64,000 bases of DNA from Felis catus. Its lineage: Eukaryota. The translations under genes were made by a program, and so were the position numbers. Positions within the stretch are counted from its first letter, which is position 1, and every line of letters begins with the position of its first letter. Shown here piece after piece: positions 1-12,140 of the stretch. The notes beneath the pieces are model-generated. The model saw only the letters and a list, made by a program, of their open reading frames with translations. It had not been told where the DNA came from and made no database searches. Where the stretch lies: contig NC_058368.1 of assembly GCF_018350175.1 (NCBI RefSeq), forward strand, positions 208,012,001 to 208,076,000. Reading direction: 5' to 3'.

Positions 1-129
1 TTAATTATTGTGTGTTTTGGCTCTTACCATTTGAGAAGGGGTAGAAGTAAAAGGTATGAAAGGTGGGAGAGGCTTGTTGAGGGCCTAGGCTAGGAAGCTG
101 AAAGGCAGTGTGGAGCCAAGAACAAGCGT

Positions 130-262
130 GGCCTTGGAATCAGGTAAAAGGAACACCCGAGTTCACATTTCCTCTCTATCAGGTATTGACTGTGTGGGTT
201 TGGGCAAACTACTGATTTCTCATGTGTAAAATGAGGATAATAGTAGTAACATCATACCTAAT
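130..262 (+). mobile_element. MIR SINE fragment
   Basis: Decayed MIR core: ctgtgtgggtttgggcaa...tctcatgtgtaaaatgaggataatagtagta. Confidence 0.6.
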
Positions 263-2184
263 ACACAGGAATGTCTTGCTTCTCCCCAGAAGTCACTAAA
301 CATTTTAAGCAGACCGTGCTGTAATAACGTACGGCTAATGGCCTTCTGACTCAGGCTACACACTGCAACTGGACAAAACTCTAAATGAATGAATTCGTAT
401 TTTATAGCTACACAAGTATTCAATAGATCACTCATCCGGATTCAGTGATCCACTTCTAGAAAGTTCTTGACGGCTCTTGGGGTGTCCGGCTGAGGCTGGA
501 AGAAGGAGGAACCCCTGGATTTCTGAGTCCAGGAAACCGCAGGGGATGCAGGTGCTTGGGCATTCCTCTTCAGCGGTTACCACCGAGAGAGGCCCCTCAG
601 CCTAAAAATACCTGCCAGGGAGCCGGGTGGGGAAGGGAAGAAACCGTGTGGGAGGCACTATTGGAGGGGTTTCAGAAAAAAGACGACAGGACGCGCAGGA
701 AATCCTGTTTTGCTTAGAGATGTGGCCTAAGGCCAGTTCTTTCCCTCTCCCTTCATCCAGGAAGATGGAACTCAAAATTAGGAGTCACCGCCTTCCTCCT
801 CCCCCTGCTCTCAGTCCTGTTCTTCTGCTCTGCCGTGGCACTCCTCCAGTGACAGGAACGGTGCAGGGAGAGGAGGGGCAATGGGGACACCAGCAGGGTT
901 CTTAGGTTCTCTTGTTCAGCCGCTCACTCACTGAGGTATCTAGCACCCTCTGATTCTGCTCTTATATCACGACCACGTTTGAGAAACCCCATCCCACCCT
1001 CCTATGTCACTCCCTCCAGAAACTGGGCTTCTGGGAGCCTCCTTAGCTAGGGGGCCACGGTTGAGTCTGTCCAGCAAATTGAGGTTATATTTGCATATCT
1101 GGTGGGTGTCTTAGGCATTTTCCCTAAAACTGATGTCCTTGGGGGTACATTCGAGGTGTCAGGCTGATTCTCTCCCCGCAACTCCCCTTTTGCAGAAGCC
1201 CCCAGGGGACCTCTTTCTCGCATGCTGCATCTTGCTAGGTGGAGACCCTCCAGTGCGCCAAATAAAGGATCAACTTGAAATATTGGTGTCCGAGTCTCTA
1301 GTACATACTGGGGATTGATTTCAAGTAGGAGGGGGTGAAAGACTAAGATTATAGCCTCAAGTTAAAGTAAATTATATGAGGTATTTTCTTAATCATTTGC
1401 TCCAGTGCGTGGGAAAACAATCTTCTTTCGCTTTTACGCAGAAGATTATTGTGTATTGTGAGCTAATATGCATTTTTTATTTGGGTACAAGTCTCCTGCT
1501 TGCTTCAGCTTTTCTGTATATTTAGTGGCCCTATTAATAGCTTCTCTTCTTTTCGCTGGTAATTTCCACGAAATATTGTCTTACTCTAGCAATAAGCAAT
1601 ATTCATCCAAAATACAAAAACTAATCTTTAAAAAAAGACTAGTTCCCTTTTTTATGCTTGATGATTATTTAAAAACTGTATATGATAGTTATTTCATTTT
1701 ACCCAATTATTTACTAATATAAGTTGCAATGACAAATCAATCTATAATATTGAGTAACATGTAGATTCTTCTGGTGACAGGAAATTTTAACTTTTTCAAT
1801 TTTGAATTAATAATAAATATAACAAATAATCTAGGAAATTTTAATACGTAAAATTTTAACTTCTGTACATATTTTATAACCAAGGATTATGGTATGGTGA
1901 CCAATATAAGACCTTCAAGCTTAAAAGCTTATCCTACTAAGATAAAGTTGTGTGGGTCACATAGTTGGAAATACGAGTGCAAGGAGGCATCATAAATGAT
2001 GGAAAATTTATGGCTGTTAAAAACAGCTTGTTCATGTGTCATAGATGAAGGTGGGTATTCAATACATTAAACGAGTGATTTAACAATTTGAAAAGTCAAT
2101 GTGCCAGAAGCTAACATATTTCTTAATAACTTAAACTTGACATACACATTTTATATGTGATTTTTAAAATGTCTGAGGAGGATA

Positions 2185-2312
2185 GGGGCGCCTGGGTGGC
2201 TCAGTCGGTTAAGTGTCCTACTTCGGCTGAGGTCATGATCTCCCCGGTTCCTGAGTTTGAGACCCACATCGGGCTCTGTGCTGACACCTCAGAGCCTGGA
2301 GCCTGCTTCAGA

Positions 2313-2346
<34 letters not shown>

Positions 2347-2432
2347 TTCTCTCTCTCTGCCCTCCCCTGCTCCTGCTCTGTCTCTCTCTTTCAGAAATAA
2401 ACATTAAAAAAAATTTTTTTTAAATAATAAAT
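2185..2432 (+). mobile_element. CanSINE (felid SINEC)
   Basis: GGGGCGCCTGGGTGGCTCAGTCGGTTAAG head, (CT/CTGT)n tract, AATAAA and A/T tail. TSD aatgtctgag(g/a)aggata at 2168-2184 and 2433-2449. Confidence 0.97.
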
Positions 2433-3446
2433 AATGTCTGAGAAGGATACATAGTTTTTCCCAAAATGTTAGGAGGTCCCAGAACAAAGCACTTTACAGC
2501 TCTCCGCCCTAGGTGGTGGGAGATGAGTGCAGAAACAGAAGGTGTGGAGAGGGGCAGCCGGCCCCCTTCACGATTTTGTCTGCAGGTGGGACTGTGGTCC
2601 TCATCCCTGGTGGGTCTCCTCTGCTGAGCTGTTGGTGACCGGCCCCTAAGGGAGTGTGAAGCTAACGGACCCTGAGCTGGAACACGACCCTCCAGCGCGC
2701 TTGCTCAGATGTGCGCAGGTGCTACCGGGGACCGAACTTGTGTACCCAACCGGGGTGTGCCGGGCCGTTCATTGTGCACTGGCCACGGCTCGACAACAGA
2801 AACCAGTGGGCAGGGGGATGCTGGCGGCAGGAGGCAGCTGATCAGACCCCTGGATCTTCCCGAGGGACCGGGTGGGAGTCCTTGATTATGCTCTTAGCCT
2901 GAGACTGGAAGAACCGGATGCAGGCTTCTCTGCCCCGGCGGGGGTGGGGGGGGGTGGGGGTGGGGGGCACCCTGTTGGTGGGGACCACTCGCCCCTCTCC
3001 CTGACCTCACCCACCATCCTAGTGCTGCCTGCTCAGTCCCCTTCATCCTCTTCTCCTGTCGTCCCCCAGACTCTTGCCTCTTGCTTAGGGTGTCTGCCTG
3101 CAAAGGCAGTTTGGGCAGAAAGTTCACCGGGTTCCCTGGGTCTAAGGAAGCACCCGTCCCTTTAGAAGTCAGTTTTCCAGGAGCTCCAGAAGTTGTTCTA
3201 CACGGTGCGCCAGTTCTCACAGGGGCAGCTGTGTCGTGGCGCCTTGACTTGGGCTGGCCTGGCAGGAACGGGACAGGAGGGAGGGACGATCTGAGATGCT
3301 CCACTGGCAACAACAGGCAGGACGTGTGAAACGAAAGGAGTTCTCAGGAGGCCATGGTGGTGTGGTCCCAAGCAGTGAAGGCCAATGGGAGGGCGTGAAG
3401 GTGTCAGGTGGCATCTTCAGTTTGGAGTTAACTTCCAGTCTGTTCC

Positions 3447-3647
3447 TTTTTTTTTTTAAGTTTATTTATTTATTTTGAGAGAGAGAGAGCATGTGAACTT
3501 GAGCAGGGGAGGGGCAGAGAGAGAGAGAGAGAGAGAGAATCCCAAGCAGGCTCCATGCTGTCAGCACAGAGCCCGCCTTGGGGCTCGATTTCACAGACTG
3601 CTGGTTCATGACCCTCCACTCAACCTACTGAGCCCCCCAGATGCCCC
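3447..3647 (-). mobile_element. CanSINE, older diverged copy with internal deletion
   Basis: Poly-T, (GA)n tract, ends ...ctgagccccccagatgcccc. TSD cagtctgttc at 3436-3445 and 3649-3658. Confidence 0.92.
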
Positions 3648-3664
3648 TCAGTCTGTTCTTTTCT

Positions 3665-3873
3665 CTTTTTTAATTTTTTTAAATGTTTATTTCTGAGACA
3701 GAGAGAGACAGAGCATGAGTGGGGGATGGGCAGAGAGAGAGGGAGACACAGAATCAGAAGCAGGCTCCAAGCTGTCAGCACAGCGCCTGATGCGGGGCTC
3801 GAACTCGAGAGCCGCGAGATCATGACCTGAGCCGAAGTTGGCCGCTCAACCGACTGAGCCATCCAGGCACCCC
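3665..3873 (-). mobile_element. CanSINE (felid SINEC)
   Basis: Reverse-strand head ...cgactgagccatccaggcacccc. TSD tgttcttttct at 3654-3664 and 3874-3884. Confidence 0.96.
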
Positions 3874-4026
3874 TGTTCTTTTCTTAATGAAAGCTAATGT
3901 CACCATTCTGATGAGGGGGCATCAAAGTGGGGTGTAGTCCTCAAGGTGAGATGTGTGGTCCTGGAGGTCAAAACTACTTCCATGATGACATTAAGATTTT
4001 TTAAAACGTTGATTCTCTCCTAAGTG

Positions 4027-4500
4027 TATAGGGGAGGACCATAAGGTCTCTGGGTGGATCTGAAAATCAAACTGACAAAGACAGGTGAACAGGAGAAAAG
4101 TATACACGTTGTACTGAACTGTCCCACATACACGGGAGCCTCCGTAAGAGAATGAAGACCCCACGAACTGGCCAGCGCAGGCAGCTTTTATAGTTTTTAG
4201 ACAAAGAAACAATACATTTGTGAAGATCTGTCAAAACAAAGAAGCTTGGGCTAGGGCTGGGAATGGTGAGGGAGTAACTGGAAAGGGAAGAGTGAGTTTA
4301 ACAAGGTCTGTTTGCGGATTCCTCTGATGCCGTCTCAGGGCTGACGGGAGTCTGTCTTCAGCGAAGGAGAACTTATGTCCTGCCTTCAGGCAGAGAAGGG
4401 AGAGCTTTATCTGCCTTTACTGCTCCTAATTGTCTTCGGCTCAAAACAATTTTTATGTCAAAGAGGCACATCCTGGGGTGACATATTCTGGTTTCCTTCA
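4027..4500 (-). mobile_element. ERV1 solo LTR, MER34-like
   Basis: Reverse complement starts TGAAGGAAACCAGAATATGTCACCCCAGGATGTGCCTCTTTGACATAA (MER34 5' end) and ends ...TCCTCCCCTATA. Flanks agtg/aatg fit a 4-bp TSD with one mismatch. Confidence 0.85.
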
Positions 4501-4691
4501 AATGTATCACGGAATTCTTTTAGGGAGATGACATCCTCACTCTGATGACAAGTAGAATGCTTGCTTCTGAATTCTTATGTTTTAAAGGTTTCCCAGTTTC
4601 AGTTTTTACTACAGTAAATATCAGTAGATATAATCCAATAGATACAACAAAAGCTTTTGGGGGGTTCGGTACTTTTTAAGAGTGCTGAAGA

Positions 4692-4921
4692 GGGGCGCCT
4701 GGGTGGCGCAGTCGGTTAAGCATCCGACTTCAGCCAGGTCATGATCTCGCGGTCCGTGAGTTCGAGCCCCGCGTCAGGCTCTGGGCTGATGGCTCAGAGC
4801 CTGGAGCCTGTTTCCGATTCTGTGTCTCCCTCTCTCTCTGCACCTCCCCCGTTCATGCTCTGTCTCTCTCTGTCCCAAAAATAAAAACAAACGCTGAAAA
4901 AAAAAAAATTAAAAAAAAAAA
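4692..4921 (+). mobile_element. Young CanSINE (SINEC_Fc-like)
   Basis: GGGGCGCCTGGGTGGCGCAGTCGGTTAAG...CAGCCAGGTC, long A tail. Perfect TSD aagagtgctgaaga at 4678-4691 and 4922-4935. Confidence 0.98.
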
Positions 4922-5624
4922 AAGAGTGCTGAAGAGTTCCTGAGACCAAAAAGTTTGGGAATTGCTGCCTTAGATCTTCTATTTCTGCCCTTGTTCTGTA
5001 GGTCTGGAGAAGGAGGTCCCGAAGAGAGGAGGAGATTCATTGCTTGAGGTCGCACAGGGCTCGAGGCAGAGTTGGGAAGAAAACTCTGTACCCACCATGT
5101 CACCCAGGTCCCTTTGCTGATTAACCACTGGCCACGGCACTGAAGCTCCCACGTTCCCTCACTTCCCTCCAGGTATGTGGGGCAGGGGTTTATTGGTCTC
5201 CTTTCCCTCCTGCCTCCTTGTCCACTACCCCTGGGGCGGAGGGGGTGTCTTAGTGTGAGAATGCAGGAAAACAATGCTACAGGAGGCCACTCATATAAGC
5301 CAGGTTGGCAAAGCAGGGCTTGCTGTGCTCTCCTCTGAAGGGTGTTAGCTTTCTCAGACGGCACCAGGAAGAGATCATTCTGGGACAGGAAGATGGAAAC
5401 AGCAGAGCAAGGCAGACTGGTCTGCAGCAGACTCCATTTTGGTTGAAAGGTGACCAGACAGGAATAGTCAAGATCTACTTTGCCTCATTCCAACTGTGAC
5501 CCTAATCTGCTGTGACTAAGGTTACTGTCTTTCTGTTGATGGACTGCTCCTGTGGCCCGATGAGACATTGTGAGACATAACAGTTGGGGTCCGTGTAAAA
5601 GGAGCCTTAGAACCATCTAGTGCA

Positions 5625-5750
5625 TTTGCTCATTCATGCGGTGGTGTTTGTTGAGTACCTGCCGTGTGCCTCATACAGGTCTGGGCTCTGGGGATACAAC
5701 GTGATGAGACAGACATAGGTCCTTCTCTCATGGAGACCACCTCTTAGCAG
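5625..5750 (-). mobile_element. L2 LINE 3' end fragment
   Basis: cattcat...tttgttgagtacctgccgtgtgcc...ctggggatacaacgtgatgagacagacataggtcc. Confidence 0.65.
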
Positions 5751-7129
5751 GATGTCCACTCCCTCCTTTTCAGATGCCTGAGGCTCAGAGTGACTTGTCC
5801 AAAGTCATACAGTCAGGTGAGAAAAGAATTTGCTGAGTATGTACCGCTGGTCCCCTGGAGGATAGAGCAGAAATAGACAACCCAGCCGGTGCCACACACA
5901 AACTTGTTAGAGAGATGAGACTTATGCCCAAGATAGTATAAGGATTTAGGCAGCACAGGCTAGGTGAGTAGACAGTAATTATTTAATTGCTTTAGTTACT
6001 TACAGGCAGTTTTTGTGCCAAAACAAATTAGTCAGGGGGGTTGTTTTTGTGTTTGTTGTTTGTTTCTTTAAAGTTCAATTTATTAAGGTACACATTGGAA
6101 ACTCAAGTTCTTGATTTTAAATTCTGCTTATAAATAGATTAAGATTTGTACATCTAGAAAATCTGAAAGATCATTTTTGAAGGCCTTAGATTAATATGTT
6201 GCATCACTTCCAAATGCAGTTAAACTACTTTAAATATTTTAGACTGTGTGTACAAATTTAATACATTTGATTTCCTTTTTAAGTAACTCAATTGCCTGAT
6301 TTAACAAAACATCCTGAGTGCTTGAATCAGCTCTTAAAGAACTAACAGGTCACAATCTTAAAAGTGTGGTGGTTAAAAGAAAAGCTTAAGTTTTCTTAGA
6401 TGTTTCAATGCTATATAAACTTAGTGAGGTTTCTACTTGAAGTCAAAAGTCTAAATTAGTTATCCACCTGACATTCAGGATGAAATTTCAACATTGATCT
6501 GTTTACAACTGAAATAGGCCAAATTATCCTAAGTTTTTCACATACCTAAAATACCAAACGTGCACAGATTCCTAAGGCAAAATATTAATGCTGTAGTTTT
6601 GATACTCTTAAACATTTCTATACTTGGTTTTACCTCTTTCTCAAATAAAAGGTATCGGGACAATTCAGATCATCCTGCCGTATTCTCGGAGTTTGGGGGG
6701 TTGCTTTCTCAGCTTGCTGGAGATTACACAGCAAGCAGAGATTTTGGTCTAGATACTGACTCAACCCTCACCTGTTGCCCCCATTGTCAAGAACGCTCCT
6801 TGCGGTGTCCCCAGGCATGGCTTTCCCTTTCATGTTGGACAATGAGTGATCCTGCTGTTCAAAGGAACTTTCAGCTTGCCTTCAATTTGATTGGTCATTT
6901 GATTGAATTTTACTTTTCTTTGGATCTTAAGATACGTAAAAGTATTTTATGTCAAACACAAAGCAGCCTTGAATTGGGAGATTCCTGCGTTGTCTGATTA
7001 CCCCTATTTTTAGAACCTCACAACTCCTAGGAGTATTAAGATGTCAATGCGTGTTCTACTGTGGGTAGTGAGTCACTTCCATCTGTGACATGTGGACAGG
7101 CCTACCTCTACTTCACGGTCACATTTTAA

Positions 7130-7352
7130 GGGGCACCTGGGTGATTCGGTCGGTTGAGTGTCCAACTTCAGGTCAGCCGTGATCTCAGGGTTTGTGAGTT
7201 CAAGCCCCGCGTCAGGCTCTGTGCTGACCGCTCAGAGCCTGGAGCCTGCTTCCGATTCTGTGTCTCCCTCTCTCTCTGTTTCTCCCTCTCTCTCTGTCTC
7301 TGTCTCTGTCTCTGTCTTTCTCTCAAAAATAAACATTTAAAAAAAATGTTAA
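7130..7352 (+). mobile_element. CanSINE
   Basis: ggggcacctgggtg head, CT tract, AATAAA. TSD gtcacattttaa(g) at 7118-7130 and 7353-7365. Confidence 0.97.
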
Positions 7353-10300
7353 GTCACATTTTAAGATGAGGCCCTGGCCTTCGAGGAATGTGCGATTTGG
7401 CATTCTTTTCTCTTTCCAGAGCTCCTTAAAGAGGTACACTTCCTCAGATATACCTCTCGAAATCTCTCCTGCACCTGCCACAGGATGGCCAGTGTACCTG
7501 CAGGGGGTGTCACAGATACTGGAGGAAATGAATGGGAAATTATGGGAAACTGTGGACTTGAGTGGAAAGTTGAGGTAGAATTGATTCAGTAGAGACACAG
7601 GCTGAAGGTTAATCTTTGAAGAAGTCGAGCAGCACAGAGGGTGGAAACTGACAGAAAGGTAAGATCTAAGGAGGCATCCTGTAGGTCGATGAGAATGAGA
7701 GAGTTCAGAGAAACACGATAATAAGAAATAAATGGAGCGGGCGCTGACCGTAGCCAGCCTCTCTCTTACATGTTGTGGATGCGTTGACTAACTCACTTCC
7801 TTCTCCCGGCATCCCTAGAGGGCAGATGCCATCATTATTGCCATTTTTCCAGAAGGAGGAAAGAGCTGTACCAAAGAGCTTAAGTCACGTATTCTCGGAC
7901 TGTGTGGGGGATGATTGAAGATCTTTCAGCAGACACTTCGGTGTGACCTGTGAAGAAGCAGCGGTGTCCCCCGAGCCCCCCTTCCCAGTCTTGCTGGCTG
8001 GGCCTGCCATCAGAGTTCGGTTCTGTCTGCCTGGAAGCCATCCTCTCATGCGAGGTGCTCGCCGGAGTGCTTGAGGATGGAGCAGGGCCAGGCCAAGCTT
8101 GCGAAACAGATTTAAGGCGAGGGTTTTGTGCCTGCTTGGCAATAGTGCTGCTTGTTTAGCAGAATTTGATCTCAGACTTGCTGCCATGGTAACGGGCACC
8201 TGTCAGTGAGCTTGTGCAGGGCTGCCTTACCTCTGATCTCCAGAGATTGCTATTGTCTCCCAGAAGCCCTGACAATTGCCTAACTACCCGACAGGACAGC
8301 CGAGGGCAGCTTGAAACTGCCCCAGGTCACATGGCTGCTAGGTGGCAGTGCTCACATAAAAGATGTCAGCAAGGCACTCATCTTTCATTTTTTATTTACT
8401 TATTAAATAAAAGGTATTTATTAGCACGGCACACTGCCACTCTGTCAGAGGAGGTGCACACAGGCCAGCAGGGTCCTGGCGAGGGGGCAGGGCTTTTGGG
8501 CAAAGGGCAGAACTAGAGACAGTAGTTGTTTTAAGAGGAGAGATTCCTTCGAGTCAGGAAAGGGGGTGATGGCGTGAAGGCCTAGAATTAGGCACCTCTA
8601 ATTCTAGAGGTGGAGGGAGGAGAAGCTTCTGCCTGGTGGCTCACGTTTCCTTGGTGAAGCGGAGATCCAGGACTCGGGTTGAAGTAAAGGGGGTGGGATT
8701 GGTAGAGGGCTTAAGTTCAGCGGCGACTGGACAAAGTGCCTTTTGTTTGCCCCGTTCACAGTCGTCTGGGAAGCAGGGCTATCCGGGACCAGGAGGGTAG
8801 AGCTTCTCTGAAGAGAAGCCTAGGAGGCTGAGCATAGATGGCCCTAGGGTCTAGGTAGAGCGTTTGTCCCGACCCCTGGCACCTATTAAGATGTCCAGGT
8901 CATTCAATAGGAGGCCAAGGATCCCTGCCCGTCCTTCTCATGATCAGTGAGAAGAAGGACAAAGCACAGGCTGAGGGACCAAGTAGCCAGAGACACTTGC
9001 TCAGCAGGGCTCAGCGAGTCTGGAAGGGGAAGATGACGGGGCATTTTCCTGTCTCTTCCGAAAGTGCATGGGAGTTTTGGATGCGCGTCTTGAATTTTAA
9101 GCCTCCCTGAGGTCAAAGAGGAGGACAGTCAGTTCTGGAGGAGATGAAATGGCTTTGCCTTTTGTTTCTCTGCAAGAGCTGATGAATAATTCAAGGCAAT
9201 GGTGAGGAAGTGGGCTCTGTAGGACAGGCCAGCTTGGAGCAGGTTCATCCTGGTGGGTTGCCGTGGGACTGAGCTCTGTCTCCATCTTGTATGCTCCTCA
9301 GCCTCCCTGGCCCTGAGCCCACATGGCTCCCGTGGAGCCGTGCTCCTTTTCAGCCAAGGGGATGAATGTCTGCTACAAAAAGGCCCTGGAAGAACTTCAA
9401 AACTCAGGCAGAGACAAGCAGGCGTGAAGAGGCCAGCTGCCTTCCTCTCAGGCATCTGCTTTGTACCGCGAGGACCAATGAGGGGCACTGCTAAGGGACG
9501 GGGAGAGGTGAGAAAGTGGGTTGGCCGGCTGGGGAATCCCACAGGCCTGCTGGACCTTGCTCCTGCCTGCCCATGTGTGGCCACGGGCTTCTTTCTCTAC
9601 TCAGCTGGAGACAGTCTGTCCGGGACGGACAAAATGCACCTTTTAAGTAGCCCTTCCCCCCAGGACTTACCTTTGATCTCAATTTGCTGGTTCCCGTTTA
9701 AAGGAGTAGATGTCAAGAGCCCTCCAATGCAGCAGATGCCCACCTCCAGCTGGAACTGAATTTACACACCAGTAAATCAGAGAGTTAATAATCAAACTGT
9801 CTGGATTTTGCCTTCAAATTCGGCCATCAGTGTATTCTTATTGTATCCTGTAACACCTAAAAATACCTTTGAGGCACTTTAAGTACACAAAACACCACAC
9901 TGCTTGTCTTTGTAAGAGTGGCCGTGCAAAGGTCCTGGCACCAACGCCTGATTACCCAACGCAAGAGCCGGCTGCCGCCTTCCTCACCACGTGGAAGACT
10001 TGAAGACTTGCCTAGGCAGCCACACGTGAAGGAAGAGAAAAGGGTGTCCGTGCAAAATAATGGCATTTCTGGGTGTCATGTTTTCTTTATGTAGGTATTC
10101 AGCTCTATGAAAGTGTGTTTAGCGACTCAGTCATAAACGAATTTGAGAACTTTTGGCAGTCAAACCAAGGTCTTGGATGGGATAAGGGAATGGATGTTGA
10201 TCTCAGGAAACCCCTCATCAGTCTTCAGCAATGTTCCCCAAAATACAGAGGAAGGGAACCCCTGTGTGGGTGCAAATTCTCCTCCAGGACTCAACCTCCT

Positions 10301-10668
10301 GACTTAGAGCCACTCCCTGCAGTCAGCGTGGTCTGACCCCTTTTTGGTCCCCCAGGAAAAATTAGACATCTTCATTCGAACAGAAGTCCTCACTGTTTTG
10401 TAAAGTAGTGCTCCCCCTCTCCAAATAAAAACATGGACCTGAGAGTAAAGGAATGGTGTCATGGTACTCTGAGTGTGTGTGTATACTGGGACGTGGGGGA
10501 GGGGCCCTGGGGGAGTCACTACAAACACAGAGCCATGAGAATCTGCTCATTCATTTAGCAAGCACAGATCGAGTGCCCACAGAATAGCTTGATGTAGGAA
10601 TTAGATGAATTGAGACAATAGTAACAATGATAATAGAACACTTTCTATGACTAAACTCTATTCCAAGC

Positions 10669-11258
10669 GGCTATGATCTGAATATTTGTGCCCCCCCCCA
10701 TCAAATTCATGTATTGAAATCAAACCCCTAAGGTGCTGGTATTAAGAAGTGGGGCCATTGGGGCGCCTGGGTGGCGCAGTCGGTTAAGCGTCTGACTTCA
10801 GCCAGGTCACGATCTCGCGGTCCATGAGTTCGAGCCCCGCGTCAGGCTCTGGGCTGATGGCTCAGAGCCTGGAGCCTGTTTCCGATTCTGTGTCTCCCTC
10901 TCTCTCTGCCCCTCCCCCGTTCATGCTCTGTCTCTCTCTGTCCCAAAAATAAATAAACGTTGAAAAAAAAGAAGTGGGGCCATTGGGAAATGATTCGGTT
11001 GCTAGAGCAGAGCCCTTATAAATGGGATTAATGCCTACAAAAGACACCAGAGAGTTCCCTTGTCCCTTCTGCCATGTAAGGGCACAGTGAGAAGATAGCC
11101 GTCAGTGGGAAAGCTGACTCTCAGCAGACACAGAATCTGCCAGTGCCATAATCTTGGGCTTCCCAGCAGCCAGAACTGTGAGAAACCCATTTCTGTTGTC
11201 CTTAAGCCTCCCGGTTTGTGATATTTTTTATTATAGCAGGTGAAGAAAGTAAAGCACA
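10669..11258 (+). mobile_element. MaLR solo LTR (MLT1A-like), interrupted by a SINE
   Basis: gctatgatctgaatatttgtgcccccc..aaattcatgtattgaaatc start. ccagaactgtgagaaa...tttctgttg...ttatagcag end, typical of MLT1. Confidence 0.9.
10760..10968 (+). mobile_element. Young CanSINE (SINEC_Fc-like)
   Basis: Near-consensus body. Perfect TSD aagaagtggggccatt at 10744-10759 and 10969-10984. Confidence 0.98.
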
Positions 11259-12090
11259 AACCCTCCTATGTTTTGGGAAATGTGTAATTTGGTGAAGAGG
11301 AACACTGTATACCCAGTTACCAGAAAACACAGGAAGATATAATCAATATTATAAGGGGGGGGGGGGGGGGGAAGAAACAAAGAAACTATGGAATTGCCCG
11401 AGAAGGAGATATAATTTCTGAACTTGGAGGCAGGAGGTGGGAAAGGCTTCCTGGAGAAGAGCATTCCTTCTCCTTTCTTGGTCCCATTTGTGAGCCAAAA
11501 GACAAGCTGTATTAAGTCTAATAAACCTAAGAATAGTTCTAGAGATTTAACTGCCCTGGTGTTTGGAATGAAATTAGATTAAACAAAGAACCGATGTTGG
11601 CATCTTCTGACTTGCCAGAAGTTCACGTCTACGGAGTCTTGTGAGGAGCCCACAGATGCTCCACTGCCTGCTGCTTGTGAGGCCACCTGCTCTTGAGTTT
11701 CAGCCTCCTTCGAGGTATAGAATCTCTCCGAAATAGTCTCTTACTTGGGATTACTGATTTTATGTTTCATTTGAGTAGGAGTGTAGGAAAAAAAAGAGCT
11801 TTCTTATTTCTTTTCTCTGCAATAAACAATTTTCAACAATACTATTGGTTAAATAGTCATCTGTGATGTTACCTTTAGGATATAATCATCATTTATTATA
11901 TTCCTTATTCCTTCTGTGGAAAAACCAACTCGTTTGTGATGAAAAGGAGCAAAAGAATATTATTGCATAAATATAGAAGTTATTTCCAAAAAAATTGTTA
12001 ACTATCTTTTTTTTGAGACATTGTTGGGGCAGAGAAGGCAAAGATGAGTTCTGGTCCTGAACATCGATCAGTTCAAAATATAAAAGGAGC

Positions 12091-12097
<7 letters not shown>

Positions 12098-12138
<41 letters not shown>
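12098..12138. repeat. (AC)n microsatellite, about 20 units
   Basis: Perfect dinucleotide run. Confidence 0.98.

Positions 12139-12140
<2 letters not shown>

Larger units (their letters stand above)
3940..4967 (+). mobile_element. hAT-Charlie DNA transposon fossil (Charlie1-like), interrupted by an LTR and a SINE
   Basis: gaggtcaaaactact...taag at the left. gtaaatatcagtagatataatcc...aaaagc...gagaccaaaaagtttgggaattgctg terminus at the right, resembling the remembered Charlie1-type end. Confidence 0.7.

Noticed and set aside
1330..2150. AT-rich stretch, possibly a DNA transposon remnant
   Set aside because: I could not identify termini or a family with confidence.
2157..2423. Recurring MAQSVERPTSAQVMIS-like peptides as a repeated protein family
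   Set aside because: They are translations of CanSINE bodies.
8582..8607. Perfect 10-bp inverted repeat ctagaattag-6nt-ctaattctag
   Set aside because: Roughly one such hairpin is expected by chance in 64 kb, and there is no supporting context.
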